A stretch of 38,994 nt of DNA from Elusimicrobiota bacterium (GCA_043813605.1 JBDRKX010000060.1:1-38994), one strand, 5' to 3'. Shown: positions 1 through 9,709, counted from the first letter of the stretch. Notes: a model not told the origin generated them from the letters alone. Program-made: numbers and translations.

Positions 1-592
1 TGAATCTTTCTTGAATAGTACCCGTAATTATTCTGTCTGCACTGTTCATGCTGATACGTTCTGCAAGCAGTCTTTCGGCAAAATTATATGTCTGGTTGTA
101 TTTTTCTATATTAAACCTCGCAACTTTCAATTTATCCATTTTCTGAGCGCCCAGTGAATGGGCCGTGAAAGTATAAGGTATGCCTGTCTTCATCTTGAAA
201 TAAGCAGCAGCAAGCCCGCCGTCGCCATAATGAGATGCAAGCGCGTCCGGCAATCTTCCTTCCCTATTATAGAATCCTATCAGTTTTTCAACATATTCCG
301 TACATAAGTACGGCCAAAGTTCTTCTTTATTGCGGAATTTTTTCCCACCAAACCCGATACGGACGATTCTTACGTTTTCAATACCTTCATAGCTGTCAAA
401 AGCCCCGGAAAACTCAGGCCACTCATCATCTATTATCTGCCTTGTAACAATATCAACCCGATGCCCCGATGATGCCATCTCTAATGCGAGCTCTTTTACA
501 TATACAAGCTGTCCGCCAAAATCAGGATGGGAAGCCCACCTGCTGTCATTTCTGTCAAAATTACCCTGCGGATTTAAAAATGCTATGTGCAT
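1..592 (-). CDS. sps: Sucrose-phosphate synthase-like GT4 glycosyltransferase (5' part; runs off the window edge)
   Basis: Not in the ORF track. Manual translation from the ATG at 592 (AGGGG upstream) gives MHIAFLNPQGNFDRNDSRWASHPDFGGQLVYVKELA...VDIVTRQI...KEELWPYL...SHYGDGGLAA...FTAHSLGAQK...AERISM, open to the edge. These motifs closely match the N-terminal domain of Halothermothrix-type SPS. Confidence 0.85.
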   Translation of the reverse strand, partial: MHIAFLNPQGNFDRNDSRWASHPDFGGQLVYVKELALEMASSGHRVDIVTRQIIDDEWPEFSGAFDSYEGIENVRIVRIGFGGKKFRNKEELWPYLCTEYVEKLIGFYNREGRLPDALASHYGDGGLAAAYFKMKTGIPYTFTAHSLGAQKMDKLKVARFNIEKYNQTYNFAERLLAERISMNSADRIITGTIQERF

Positions 593-678
593 ATAATTAC
601 CCCTGTTTTAATAAGACCAGTTCTTACATTTTTAGATTGTAATCGAATGAAATGAAAATTGCCAGTTTTTATCCTGGA

Positions 679-1440
679 TTATATTTTTTCTATCGCTTCA
701 GTTTCCACCCAGCCGCTGTTTTTGCGGTTGATCCGTATCTGGCTCCACTCGCCTTCTTCCCTGAGTATACTGGCCCGGATACCCTCGCTTAATTTAAACG
801 CGATCGAGCCGGAATACGATGGGCTGTAGCGAACCTCTGTTTTGGGAACCACAATAACACCCCGCTGAACATTCTGATTAACATGATAGCTCTTTGTGCA
901 GAAGAATACCGATATTATCAGGAATATTCCTAATACAGACGAGATAATATATGCGGTTTTCCTGAAAGGAAACACAAAAAAAGAAACACCCAGAAATACA
1001 CTGATCAAATAGAACAACAGTACTGAACCTGAAAACCATACACCCGTACTGAAGGCATCCCTTACAGCGATGTAGATCTTTTCGTACCACAGATAATCTT
1101 CTTCGGGCTGTTGGACGTCCAGCACTGTTTTAACAAAAGCAGTATTAGCAAAAAGATCCTCATCGTTTGGGATAAGTTTCCATGCCCGTTCGTAATTAAG
1201 AAGCGCTCTTCCGTTATCACCCATCTTAAAATAGGCGTTACCCAGATTATAGTAAATATTCCCGCTTTTAACGCCGCGCGCGATTATCTCTCCGTATAGC
1301 GTAGCTGCCCCGGTATAATTTCCTTCCGAATACTGTTTATTAGCCTCAAAAAATCTGTCTTCTTCGTACCCGGCTAAAGCTGTCATCCAGAAATACGATG
1401 CGATTAAACAGCTGAATAGAAAAATCCTGGTATTTTTCAT
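679..1440 (-). CDS. batE: BatE-like TPR + membrane + SH3-like protein
   Basis: Signal peptide, TPR (YYNLGNAYFK...GRALLNYERA), two TM segments, C-terminal SH3-like tail (EGEWSQIR...GWV). Last gene of the bat cluster. Confidence 0.85.
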   Translation of the reverse strand: MKNTRIFLFSCLIASYFWMTALAGYEEDRFFEANKQYSEGNYTGAATLYGEIIARGVKSGNIYYNLGNAYFKMGDNGRALLNYERAWKLIPNDEDLFANTAFVKTVLDVQQPEEDYLWYEKIYIAVRDAFSTGVWFSGSVLLFYLISVFLGVSFFVFPFRKTAYIISSVLGIFLIISVFFCTKSYHVNQNVQRGVIVVPKTEVRYSPSYSGSIAFKLSEGIRASILREEGEWSQIRINRKNSGWVETEAIEKI

Positions 1441-3335
1441 TTCAATATCCTCTCCAGATCTATAATCAGACTTTTGACAGTTTTATAATCTTCTTCGAAC
1501 TTTTCCTTATCAGGCCGCACAGACGAGAAAAGGACCTCTTCAAAAGTACTATACAGGCTCTTAAATTTCTCCGCTGATGCAGTGCTCAGACCGCGTTCTG
1601 TCAATTCATCAACAATTTTACATGTAATACCTGCTTCTGTACGGTTGAGTTTATCCGCAAGGTAACTGTTCAATCCCCTGGAAATGGAATCATAGAATTG
1701 GCGCGGGTCCTGATCTTCGGCAGCTTTTTCGGCATTTTTAAAATACATTTTGATATTTTTAAATGCCCTTCGGCTCCGCGCAAAACCTATATCGGTCTGT
1801 AATTTCTCGCGTCTCTTATTCCAGATGAACAAACCCGCAAGAACAAATACAGGAAGACCGAAACTGCCCAGCCAGACAGCCGATTCTTCATAGAATTCTT
1901 TACCGGTTTTATCAATCCGGCCCAGGCCTGTTTTAATATATCTTATATCCCTTGTTATGACCCTTAATTCCCTTTTTTCTGCTTTACCTTGCTCGTGTTC
2001 GATTGCTATCACTTTCACTTCACTGACTTCTTCACCTTCAGCTATATGCACCTCAAACGGACCCCTGTCAATTGTCTGATATTTACCTTTTCTCGGATTA
2101 AAAAAGGCGAATGCTATCCGCGGTATCTTGAAGTCCCCCTTATGTCTCGGGATCAGAACTTTCTCGAATATTTTCTCTCCGGTTACCTCGCCTCCTTTCT
2201 GAGATACATTAACTTTGCTCTCCGGCTCATAACTTTTAAAATCCGGCATTTCAGGAAAATCCGGGAGCTCAAGCTGTTCAATGTTTCCCGATCCTGAAAC
2301 TTTCATTGTTACGGTTATCGGCTCACCCGCTTTTAATGATGTCGGTTTTATATCAACCGTAAAATCAAAATCCCCTACAGCCCCGGCATAACCAAAAGGT
2401 TTTTGCACTGAAGGAACTTCAAGTACCGTAATATTTAAAGCCTCCGACCGTGTGGCAAACGCTTCAGTCACGGCATTCCCTCCAGTTCCGAAAAAATCAT
2501 CGGAAGATGAATTAAAGAAATCATCAAAAAAACCTCGGCGGCTGGAGCGTTTGTACCCTGTAATAACTTCGCACTTTAGAAAAGAACTCTCAAACGCATA
2601 AGAACCGACAGCGATCGGGGTAAGTATTTTCTGAAAGCTTATCACAGCGTAAGGCTGTCCTTTGTATATCTCCCGCTCCTTTAAAGCCGCTACTGGCTGA
2701 TTGCCGTTTACTATCAGTTTCTGGTAGCTCTTGCTTTTATCGAGCTCCGGATCCGTAACAAGAAAATTCTTTAACCCGTCAAGCCACGGGATACTGAGGC
2801 GGTACTCATTTATATCCTTATTCATATACCATTTGAATGTTACGAGTATTTTTTCTCCAAGGTATACATCTTTTTTATCCGCCTCTATCTTTATAAAAAT
2901 GTCCTGGCTCTTTGCTGACTTGTCCAGCACTTTTATCTGAACGCTTTCAGTCCTATACGCCCTGCCGCCCAGATTAATCTGAAAAGAAGGGATATTGAAT
3001 GTGCCTGCTTTTTTAGGAGACAACTCATAATCAAAATTATACCCTCCTCCCGAAGAACTTTTTTGAATATTTTTACCGTTAATTACAACCTGAAAACTTG
3101 AAAATGAATCCTGTCTCACGCCCCGAAATTTGACGCTAAAATCCGGTATAGCAGGCAGTTCAGGTGTTTCTGGATTCGAAATGCCCCGCGCCGTTATTGT
3201 AAGTATCACGCTGTCACCAAGAATCACTTCCCTCTGGCTTATAGAAAAAGAGACCTCAGGTTCAGCACCATATATTAATGCCGCCGAAACTGCCAGTATA
3301 AGAATAAATAAACCCGTTATTACATATTTTTTCAT
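1437..3335 (-). CDS. batD: BatD family protein
   Basis: Signal peptide, repeated Ig-like modules (VILGDSVILTIT; DVYLGEKILVTF; GAVGDFDF; GEPITVTMKVSGSGN), late TM helix and helical tail. Overlaps batE by 4 nt. Confidence 0.88.
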   Translation of the reverse strand: MKKYVITGLFILILAVSAALIYGAEPEVSFSISQREVILGDSVILTITARGISNPETPELPAIPDFSVKFRGVRQDSFSSFQVVINGKNIQKSSSGGGYNFDYELSPKKAGTFNIPSFQINLGGRAYRTESVQIKVLDKSAKSQDIFIKIEADKKDVYLGEKILVTFKWYMNKDINEYRLSIPWLDGLKNFLVTDPELDKSKSYQKLIVNGNQPVAALKEREIYKGQPYAVISFQKILTPIAVGSYAFESSFLKCEVITGYKRSSRRGFFDDFFNSSSDDFFGTGGNAVTEAFATRSEALNITVLEVPSVQKPFGYAGAVGDFDFTVDIKPTSLKAGEPITVTMKVSGSGNIEQLELPDFPEMPDFKSYEPESKVNVSQKGGEVTGEKIFEKVLIPRHKGDFKIPRIAFAFFNPRKGKYQTIDRGPFEVHIAEGEEVSEVKVIAIEHEQGKAEKRELRVITRDIRYIKTGLGRIDKTGKEFYEESAVWLGSFGLPVFVLAGLFIWNKRREKLQTDIGFARSRRAFKNIKMYFKNAEKAAEDQDPRQFYDSISRGLNSYLADKLNRTEAGITCKIVDELTERGLSTASAEKFKSLYSTFEEVLFSSVRPDKEKFEEDYKTVKSLIIDLERILK

Positions 3336-3342
3336 ATTTTGC

Positions 3343-3373
3343 TTTACGGCTTAAAGCTTACCGCTTACAACTA
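3343..3373. repeat. Degenerate heptamer tandem array (CTTACAG-type on +), 4 units
   Basis: tttacgg cttaaag cttaccg cttacaa cta, just after the batC stop codon on the mRNA. Confidence 0.75.
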
Positions 3374-3378
3374 AAAAG

Positions 3379-4164
3379 TTACCAGTCCTTTTCAACGTGC
3401 GTTTCCCTGCTGCGCTCGGAACCCTGCTGCGGCGGGGGAGTGAGGTTCTTCTGGTCCTGCTCAAAAGAGGATAGGAACCTTTCCGCTTCGTCTTTGCTCA
3501 TTTCCTGCTTGTCTTCAGGACGGGCAGCATCCCGCTTTTCACCGGCATTCTCGCCGGATTCTCCGCTCTCTTTATCTTTTTTATCCTCACCATCTTTCTT
3601 CTCCTGGTCAATTTGAGAGCCCTGCTGCTTATCTTCCCCGCCTTCGTCTTCCTTGCCGCCTTTCCCGGCCTGCTGTTCCTGCTTCCGCTGGGCCTGGTCC
3701 TGCATGGCTTTCTGCCTGGTCTCCTCGGCTTTTAACAACATCTCTTTTATTTTTCTTTCTGTATATTCGATATTATATTTTGTATCACGATCTTCCGGGT
3801 TCCTTTCAAGTGATTGTTTGTAATATTCCAGCGCCTCCTTTAACTGTCCCTGCTGAAAAAGCGAATTCCCCATATTATACAGGGCGCCGGCCTCCAAATC
3901 AACATCGCCCTTTTCCATGGATTTCTGGAATGCGTCTACCGCCTCCTTGTATTTTTTCTGCCGGTAATAGACTGTTCCCATGTTAAAGAATATTTCCGGA
4001 CTTGCGGGGTTCTCAATCTGGGCATCATTATATTTTGTTAAAGCCTCATCAAAACTCCCCTCATCAAAAAGCTTGTTGCCTTCAGTTATTTTCTTTGATA
4101 AACCGGCTATTGAAATGGATGATATACTAAGTAACAGCATTACTGATAATATTGCCTGTTTCAC
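3379..4164 (-). CDS. batC: BatC-like TPR protein
   Basis: Signal peptide, about 3 TPRs (FNMGTVYY; YNMGNSLF), Q/E/K/G-rich linker, MSKDEAERFL motif and terminal VEKDW typical of BatC. Confidence 0.88.
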   Translation of the reverse strand: MKQAILSVMLLLSISSISIAGLSKKITEGNKLFDEGSFDEALTKYNDAQIENPASPEIFFNMGTVYYRQKKYKEAVDAFQKSMEKGDVDLEAGALYNMGNSLFQQGQLKEALEYYKQSLERNPEDRDTKYNIEYTERKIKEMLLKAEETRQKAMQDQAQRKQEQQAGKGGKEDEGGEDKQQGSQIDQEKKDGEDKKDKESGESGENAGEKRDAARPEDKQEMSKDEAERFLSSFEQDQKNLTPPPQQGSERSRETHVEKDW

Positions 4165-5186
4165 TGTTTGGTCACCCCTTTTTTAGACGTCTTTTTTCTC
4201 TCGCTAAGTACTGCTTCAAAAACAAAGAAAAATATTGCGATAAACAGCGGCCACTGGTACCTGTTCTCAAACCTCTTCTGCCGCGAAGATTCGAGTTCCC
4301 TCTTTTCCATCTTTGAGACTTCCTCCATATAAATCTCTTCAAGCGGAAAATTCCCTGTCCCTATGCTTCCTTTCTTTCCTCCTGTCATAAGGGCGATCTT
4401 CTGGAGAAGCACAGTATCAAGCTTCGAAAGCACCACTTTGCCTTCTCTATCCTTTACAAAACCTTTTCGGCCCTTGTCATCATAATAGGGTATCGGAGCG
4501 CCCTCTTTTCTGCCGATTCCTATGGTAAATATAACTATCCCATGTTTCTTTGCTTCTTCAACAGCTTCCATTGCTCCGCCCTTGAGATCTTCACCGTCTG
4601 TGATTAAAATCAGAACCCTGTGCTTCTTCTCATGGCCTTCATACGCCCTGACAGATTTAAGTATTGCTGCGCCTATATCCGTACCACCGAGGGGAATTGA
4701 ACCGACATCAAGGTTATCCAGGAAGAGTTTGGCAGTACCATAATCCAGCGTAAGCGGACAATGCAGGAAAGCGCTCCCTGAAAAGGCCACTATGGCGATA
4801 CGGTCTCCGGTTAAAATATTTATCAGGCTCTTGATCTCCCGTTTAGCGGCTTCAAGCCTGCTGGGTATTATATCTTCCGCCAGCATGCTTTTGGACACAT
4901 CCAGGGCGACAACGATATCCAGCCCCTTTCGTTTTACCTCTTTCCAGTGAAAACCCCATTTCGGCTGCACGAGAGCGATTACCGCAAACAAAAGTCCCAC
5001 AAGAAAAATCGCGGGTTTCAGTTTCTGTTTAGTAAAACTCACCGAATTCAGAAGATATTTCAACAGGTCATCTTCCGCAAACTTATGCAGCGCTTTTCTT
5101 TTGGAGTTAAATGCCCATATATAAAACAGCGCCATAATCGGTATTAAAAACAGCAGCCATAAATAATTCAAATTTCCGAATCTCAT
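4161..5186 (-). CDS. batB: BatB-like VWA membrane protein
   Basis: N-terminal double TM, MIDAS DVSKS, PSRL, CPLTLDY, ITDGE, EGAPIP, C-terminal TM (YQWPL). Confidence 0.9.
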   Translation of the reverse strand: MRFGNLNYLWLLFLIPIMALFYIWAFNSKRKALHKFAEDDLLKYLLNSVSFTKQKLKPAIFLVGLLFAVIALVQPKWGFHWKEVKRKGLDIVVALDVSKSMLAEDIIPSRLEAAKREIKSLINILTGDRIAIVAFSGSAFLHCPLTLDYGTAKLFLDNLDVGSIPLGGTDIGAAILKSVRAYEGHEKKHRVLILITDGEDLKGGAMEAVEEAKKHGIVIFTIGIGRKEGAPIPYYDDKGRKGFVKDREGKVVLSKLDTVLLQKIALMTGGKKGSIGTGNFPLEEIYMEEVSKMEKRELESSRQKRFENRYQWPLFIAIFFFVFEAVLSERKKTSKKGVTKQ

Positions 5187-5202
5187 AGTTCCTTCAAACT
5201 CC

Positions 5203-5290
5203 CGGTATTTCGCATCTCGTCGTTCGTATCTCGTATTTCGTATAAGAATTTATGTAACATTTTTTCACTCTTCTCGTTTCACGCGATACG
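5203..5290. repeat. Second heptamer family (TCGTATY-type, 6 units at 5203-5244) plus degenerate units at 5270-5290
   Basis: cggtatt tcgcatc tcgtcgt tcgtatc tcgtatt tcgtata; then cttctcg tttcacg cgatacg abutting the batA stop codon. Confidence 0.75.
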
Positions 5291-6289
5291 TCACGGTAAT
5301 GTCCTGAAACGCGTGTAGCGTAATATGATCTCAAACAAAAGCAGCATTAATGCTGCCAATACAAATTTCGGGAAAAGCTCTTTGTATTCAGTATAAGACT
5401 TTATTTCAACCTTTGTCTTCTCAAGTTTGTCTATTTCGTCATAGATCTGTTTTAATTTCTCAGTGTCCGTGGCCCGAAAATATTTTCCGCCGGTTATATC
5501 TGCTATGTTTCCCAGAGACTCCTCGTCTATGTCAATGACCGCCCACTGGTAAACCTTGTTCCCGAAAAAGTCCTGCGCCGGGAAAGGCACCCTTCCCTTT
5601 GAACCGGCTCCTATGGTATATATCTTCACACCTAAAGCTTTCGCGAGTTCAGCTGAATTTACAGGATCCACCTTCCCCGCATTATTTACCCCGTCAGTTA
5701 AGAGAATTACCACCTTGCTTTTGCTGTCTATATCTTTCAACCTTGCAAGAGCAGTCGCTACACCGTCGCCTACCGCTGTCCCGTCCTCAATCATCCCTAT
5801 ATCTATTTTTTCAAGGAATTTGAGCAAGATACCGTAATCAAGAGTAAGAGGGCACTGCATATACGCTCTCCCCGCGAACACGACAAGCCCGATCCTGTCA
5901 TTTGACCTTTTTTTGATAAAATCGCTCACAACATTCTTTACAACTTCAAGCCTGTTCATACGTTGACCGTTTATTGTGAAATCTTCTGCCATCATGCTTC
6001 CGGATACATCTATTGACAGCACGATATCTATGCCTTCAGACTCGATCTTGGTCTCCTCGATACCTTTCTGGGGCCTCATCAATCCTACTACTAATAGTGA
6101 TATGGCGGCTATTCTTAATACGACCAGCATATGCCGCATCTTGAGTGACAGGGAAGACTTGAGCCTCTTAAGATTTCCTACGGATGAAAATTTTATATGG
6201 CCCCTGGGCTGCCATTTCAAGTACACAGCCAGAATTAATGGAACAAATATAAAAATCCATATGATATTTTCAAAATCACTGAAAATCAT
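5291..6289 (-). CDS. batA: BatA-like VWA membrane protein
   Basis: MIDAS DVSGS, NRLEVVK, DRIGLVVF, DGTAVGDG, LTDGVNN, GGKYFRA, N- and C-terminal TMs. Start is probably the ATG at 6289 (MIFSDFEN) or 6298 rather than 6343. Confidence 0.92.
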   Translation of the reverse strand: MIFSDFENIIWIFIFVPLILAVYLKWQPRGHIKFSSVGNLKRLKSSLSLKMRHMLVVLRIAAISLLVVGLMRPQKGIEETKIESEGIDIVLSIDVSGSMMAEDFTINGQRMNRLEVVKNVVSDFIKKRSNDRIGLVVFAGRAYMQCPLTLDYGILLKFLEKIDIGMIEDGTAVGDGVATALARLKDIDSKSKVVILLTDGVNNAGKVDPVNSAELAKALGVKIYTIGAGSKGRVPFPAQDFFGNKVYQWAVIDIDEESLGNIADITGGKYFRATDTEKLKQIYDEIDKLEKTKVEIKSYTEYKELFPKFVLAALMLLLFEIILRYTRFRTLP

Positions 6290-6308
6290 TTTTTCCATTG
6301 AACTCCCA

Positions 6309-6357
6309 GCCATAAGCTGTAATAAGCAAGCAATAAGTGACAATATCTAAGCTATAT
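6309..6357. repeat. Degenerate heptamer array (GCTGTAA-type on +)
   Basis: gccataa gctgtaa taagcaa gcaataa gtgacaa tatctaa gctatat. Positions 6301-6322 match 9541-9562 at 20 of 22 bases. Confidence 0.65.
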
Positions 6358-6380
6358 TTATTACACATCAACTCTAACAT

Positions 6381-7544
6381 TTAATTACCTTCTTGAATTG
6401 CCGTATAATCTGCAATATATTCGTTCTCCACAGGCTTTGTTTGTTCGACAAACCTGCGGGTTGTATCAATTAGCTTTGAGCATTCAGTTTTATCCGGTTC
6501 GAGTTTCGCGTATTTAACCATATCACAATGCATAAGATACTCCTTCAGGAGGTTGATATATTTGCCCTCGAGAGCGTCGGACTTTGTGACATTATCCAGG
6601 AACTCTTCAGTAGTCTGTTCCGGCGCCCTGAGAGAAAACCTGCCTTCCAGGTATCTCCTCAGCACATCCGATACCATATAGTAATATTCCTTGACCTGAT
6701 TTTTTTCTATAAGAGCCATGCTCTCTATCTTTTCAAGTTCTAAAAGCGCCTGCTCATGCGCCGGAAGCGGAGGTTCCTCTTTTTTCCTTGATTTTCTCCG
6801 CCTGTATAATATCCATACAGCAAATCCGGCAATTATAAGAAAACCGCAGGACATGATAACGGCAGGTGATATACGAAACGGAATATATATCGGGAATTTA
6901 ATATCACGCAGACCTTCATCTTTATTATCATCGCCTATTACGCTTTTGACTTCCACAAAGATTTCAGGAGATTTCAGTGTGTGTTCTTTCCCTTCAGGTG
7001 TCCTGACTCTCGCGAACTGCGACGGTATAACATAAGAGCCCGTAGTGTAAGTATCCATAACATACCACTGCCTGACCTTTACCCTGTTCCTGCCGGATCT
7101 TACAGGTTTGTCTTTGCCGAAATCCCTTACCGCAAAACCTCCGAGGTTGGACGCATATGCAGGAAACCCTATCTCCATAGATTTATCTGCGTCAATCTCC
7201 ATTGTGTATTTTATCTTATCCCCTATGGAAATAAGAGACTTATCAACACTTGCCCGGAATTCTGCCAGGCTCTTTCCCCCGGATGAAGTTTCTTTTTCCT
7301 CATCAGTAACATTAGTATCTGAGGATAACCTGTCCCTGCCTCCGGGCTTATTCTTCCGGTCTCTTTCTTTGGGGGTATTATCAGCCGGCTCCTGAGGAGG
7401 CGATTTATCGGGTGATTTATCGTCCGTTAATTTCACGCCCTGGGGAGTAGCGGACTGCTCCTGCTGCCCGGCGTACCCTGTATTATTGTTATTCAGCAGG
7501 TTGCATATACTAAAAAATGTCAGTAAAATTAATACTTTTTTCAC
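6381..7544 (-). CDS. Bat-cluster membrane protein with one BatD-like Ig domain
   Basis: Signal peptide, disordered N-terminal region, ISIGDKIKYTMEI domain, LRDIK-TM, and PAHEQALLELE...LRRYLE.RF...EQTTEEF...DMVKYAK tail typical of the gene between DUF58 and batA. Confidence 0.75.
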   Translation of the reverse strand: MKKVLILLTFFSICNLLNNNNTGYAGQQEQSATPQGVKLTDDKSPDKSPPQEPADNTPKERDRKNKPGGRDRLSSDTNVTDEEKETSSGGKSLAEFRASVDKSLISIGDKIKYTMEIDADKSMEIGFPAYASNLGGFAVRDFGKDKPVRSGRNRVKVRQWYVMDTYTTGSYVIPSQFARVRTPEGKEHTLKSPEIFVEVKSVIGDDNKDEGLRDIKFPIYIPFRISPAVIMSCGFLIIAGFAVWILYRRRKSRKKEEPPLPAHEQALLELEKIESMALIEKNQVKEYYYMVSDVLRRYLEGRFSLRAPEQTTEEFLDNVTKSDALEGKYINLLKEYLMHCDMVKYAKLEPDKTECSKLIDTTRRFVEQTKPVENEYIADYTAIQEGN

Positions 7545-8644
7545 TTTTCTTCGGAAGATTTTCCTTGTGCTTCTTTCTCCTGCTTTTTAGGTTCTCCCTT
7601 TCCCGGCTTTTCCTTCTTTGCAGGTTCCCTCTTTTTTTCAAGGGGCATCTTCTCAATAAACTTATCGGCATAAATATCCACATCCTTGGAATTAAGTATA
7701 TCTGCCAGAAGATCCTGCGCAAGCTTCTGGCTCTTTTCCATCCTGTAATCAAGAGTCACGCTGTACTTGGCGTCTTCAAATGATTTGATCTTTCCCGACT
7801 CGTCCTTGTATTTTACCTTGTTCGCCTCGTAATAGTTTTTAACATCATCTGGGTCAATATTAATCTTTCCGGTCACTTCATTTTCAATGACCTTCTGTAC
7901 TACGAGCTGCCTGGAAAAAGATTCAACCTCGTCCCTTACCTGGGGATCTCTGGCATATCCAAGCTTGCTTCCCTTACCATACAATAGTTCGCTTGACACA
8001 TACTGCTGGAGAAATTCCAGCTTCTTGGACTCGTTTTTTGTGTATTCCTCCCTCATCCACGCCGGCAGCTTTTCTATTTCCTCGTTTATCTCGCCCATTG
8101 TAATATCTCTCGAGCCTATCCTGGCGACAACTTCGCCGGCGCCCTTTTTATATTTTTTCTCTCCCTGAAGAGCAGCTCTTGATTCAAGCTGGTATTCGGC
8201 ATCCAGGGATTTCCCCATCTTTTCAAGGCAGGTCACGATATATGTACCTATATCCTTTTTAAGCTCTGTGCCGGGGTCGGATATTTCTGCCTTATAAAAA
8301 TAACTGAGTGCGTCTTCATACCTGTCGCTGTGCAGAAACATCTCTCCCAGGGAATAGTATATATTACAGCGGGTTTTGGCGTCAGCGTTACTCTTATCCA
8401 GGTACTCTTCAAACGCGCGCATGGCCTGCACTGTCAACCCGTCTGCTTTCAGCTTGCTGGCGTATTCACGCATTTTTGGTATTGTCCAGACACCGCCGGA
8501 AGAATCATTTCTGGCAATCAGGCAGGAATTTCTTAATAACAGACCTATTGTTACTCCAAATAATATAAAAAATCCGATAATTACCAGAGAATTATTGTTT
8601 AAAATGTTATTCTTTCTTTTCTTTATAACTGTACTCTCAATCAT
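7541..8644 (-). CDS. Membrane-anchored TPR protein fused to a PrsA/SurA-like chaperone domain lacking the parvulin PPIase domain
   Basis: N-terminal TM, TPR (IYYSLGEMF...YEDALSYFYKAE), then EVVARIGSRDITMGE...LQQYVSSELLY..GSKLG...VKNYYEANK joined directly to SFEDAK...C-terminal helix. Confidence 0.7.
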   Translation of the reverse strand: MIESTVIKKRKNNILNNNSLVIIGFFILFGVTIGLLLRNSCLIARNDSSGGVWTIPKMREYASKLKADGLTVQAMRAFEEYLDKSNADAKTRCNIYYSLGEMFLHSDRYEDALSYFYKAEISDPGTELKKDIGTYIVTCLEKMGKSLDAEYQLESRAALQGEKKYKKGAGEVVARIGSRDITMGEINEEIEKLPAWMREEYTKNESKKLEFLQQYVSSELLYGKGSKLGYARDPQVRDEVESFSRQLVVQKVIENEVTGKINIDPDDVKNYYEANKVKYKDESGKIKSFEDAKYSVTLDYRMEKSQKLAQDLLADILNSKDVDIYADKFIEKMPLEKKREPAKKEKPGKGEPKKQEKEAQGKSSEEK

Positions 8645-8653
8645 ATTTTCCTC

Positions 8654-9529
8654 CTAACGCAGTTTTGATCTTGCCCTGAAAAATCTCATAAGCGGATCCA
8701 TATAGGACCTGTCTGTATCAACATTTATAACATCTACATCCAACTTCCTGAAATTCCTGTCCCTTTCTGATATATCCTTTCCTGTCAGCACATTTAGTCC
8801 TTTTCGTATATTCGGGTCGGAAGTATCAACCAATAATATCTCCCCGGTCTCCGCGTCTTCAAGCTCAATAATACCTATATCCGGCAGATCTCTTTCGCGG
8901 GGATCTTTGACAGATAATGCTATAACATCATGCCGCTTATTGGCTATCGCGAGCGCCCTTTCGTAATCTTTAGCTATAAAATCAGACACAAGAAAGGCAA
9001 CCGTACGCCTCTTATTGACAGAACTTAAGAACTCTAAAGCAGTGTTAATATCTGTACCCTTGTTCCGGGGCTCATAAGAAAGCACCTCGCTGATCACATG
9101 CAGCACATGCTTTTTGCCCTTCTTGGGCGGTATGTATTTTTCAACCTCATCAGTGAATATGATCAATCCGACTTTATCGTTATTTTTAATCGCTGAGAAC
9201 GCCAGCACAGCGCATAGTTCAGCGGCAAATTCGCTTTTCAACTGCCCTTTTGACCCGAATTGACCCGAAGAGCTGGCGTCTACAAGGAGCATAACGGTCA
9301 GTTCGCGCTCTTCAACGAACTTCTTGATAAACGGCCGGCCCATTCGCGCTGTCACATTCCAGTCAATAGTGCGTATCTCGTCACCGGGCTGGTATTCACG
9401 CACCTCGTCAAACTCTATGCCCCTTCCTTTAAAAGAACTGTGGTATTCCCCGGCAAGGCTGTCATTGACCAGCCGTGATGTATATATCTGAATCCGTCTT
9501 ACTTTTTTTAATAGTTCCTTTGTAATCAT
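8654..9529 (-). CDS. DUF58 domain (VWA-like) protein
   Basis: GRGIEFDEVREYQPGDEIRTIDWNVTAR, LLVDASSS, FLVSDF; follows the MoxR ATPase gene. Confidence 0.93.
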   Translation of the reverse strand: MITKELLKKVRRIQIYTSRLVNDSLAGEYHSSFKGRGIEFDEVREYQPGDEIRTIDWNVTARMGRPFIKKFVEERELTVMLLVDASSSGQFGSKGQLKSEFAAELCAVLAFSAIKNNDKVGLIIFTDEVEKYIPPKKGKKHVLHVISEVLSYEPRNKGTDINTALEFLSSVNKRRTVAFLVSDFIAKDYERALAIANKRHDVIALSVKDPRERDLPDIGIIELEDAETGEILLVDTSDPNIRKGLNVLTGKDISERDRNFRKLDVDVINVDTDRSYMDPLMRFFRARSKLR

Positions 9530-9548
9530 ATTTCCCCGCCAACTCCCA

Positions 9549-9625
9549 GCAGTAAGCTGTAAGCAGTAAGCTGTAAGCTGTAAGCTGTAAGCTGTAAGCT
9601 GTAAGCTGTAAGCGATAAGCTATAA
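9549..9625. repeat. Heptamer tandem array (GCTGTAA) x11
   Basis: gcagtaa gctgtaa gcagtaa (gctgtaa)x6 gcgataa gctataa. Confidence 0.97.
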
Positions 9626-9709
9626 TAAAGAAACAGCCTAATATTATGTCCAGCATTAATAAATTCAAATAAAAATCTTTTGCCTTTTATCATTTTTGGG
9701 CAAATTCCT

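Noticed and set aside
235..447. 70-aa plus-strand ORF
   Set aside because: Antisense to the well-supported SPS frame.
9549..9625. Possible CRISPR array
   Set aside because: Contiguous 7-bp units with no spacers, and no cas genes in the window.
9462..9668. 68-aa ORF with LQLTAYS repeats
   Set aside because: It is the translation of the 7-bp array and overlaps the start of the DUF58 gene; there is no independent coding evidence.
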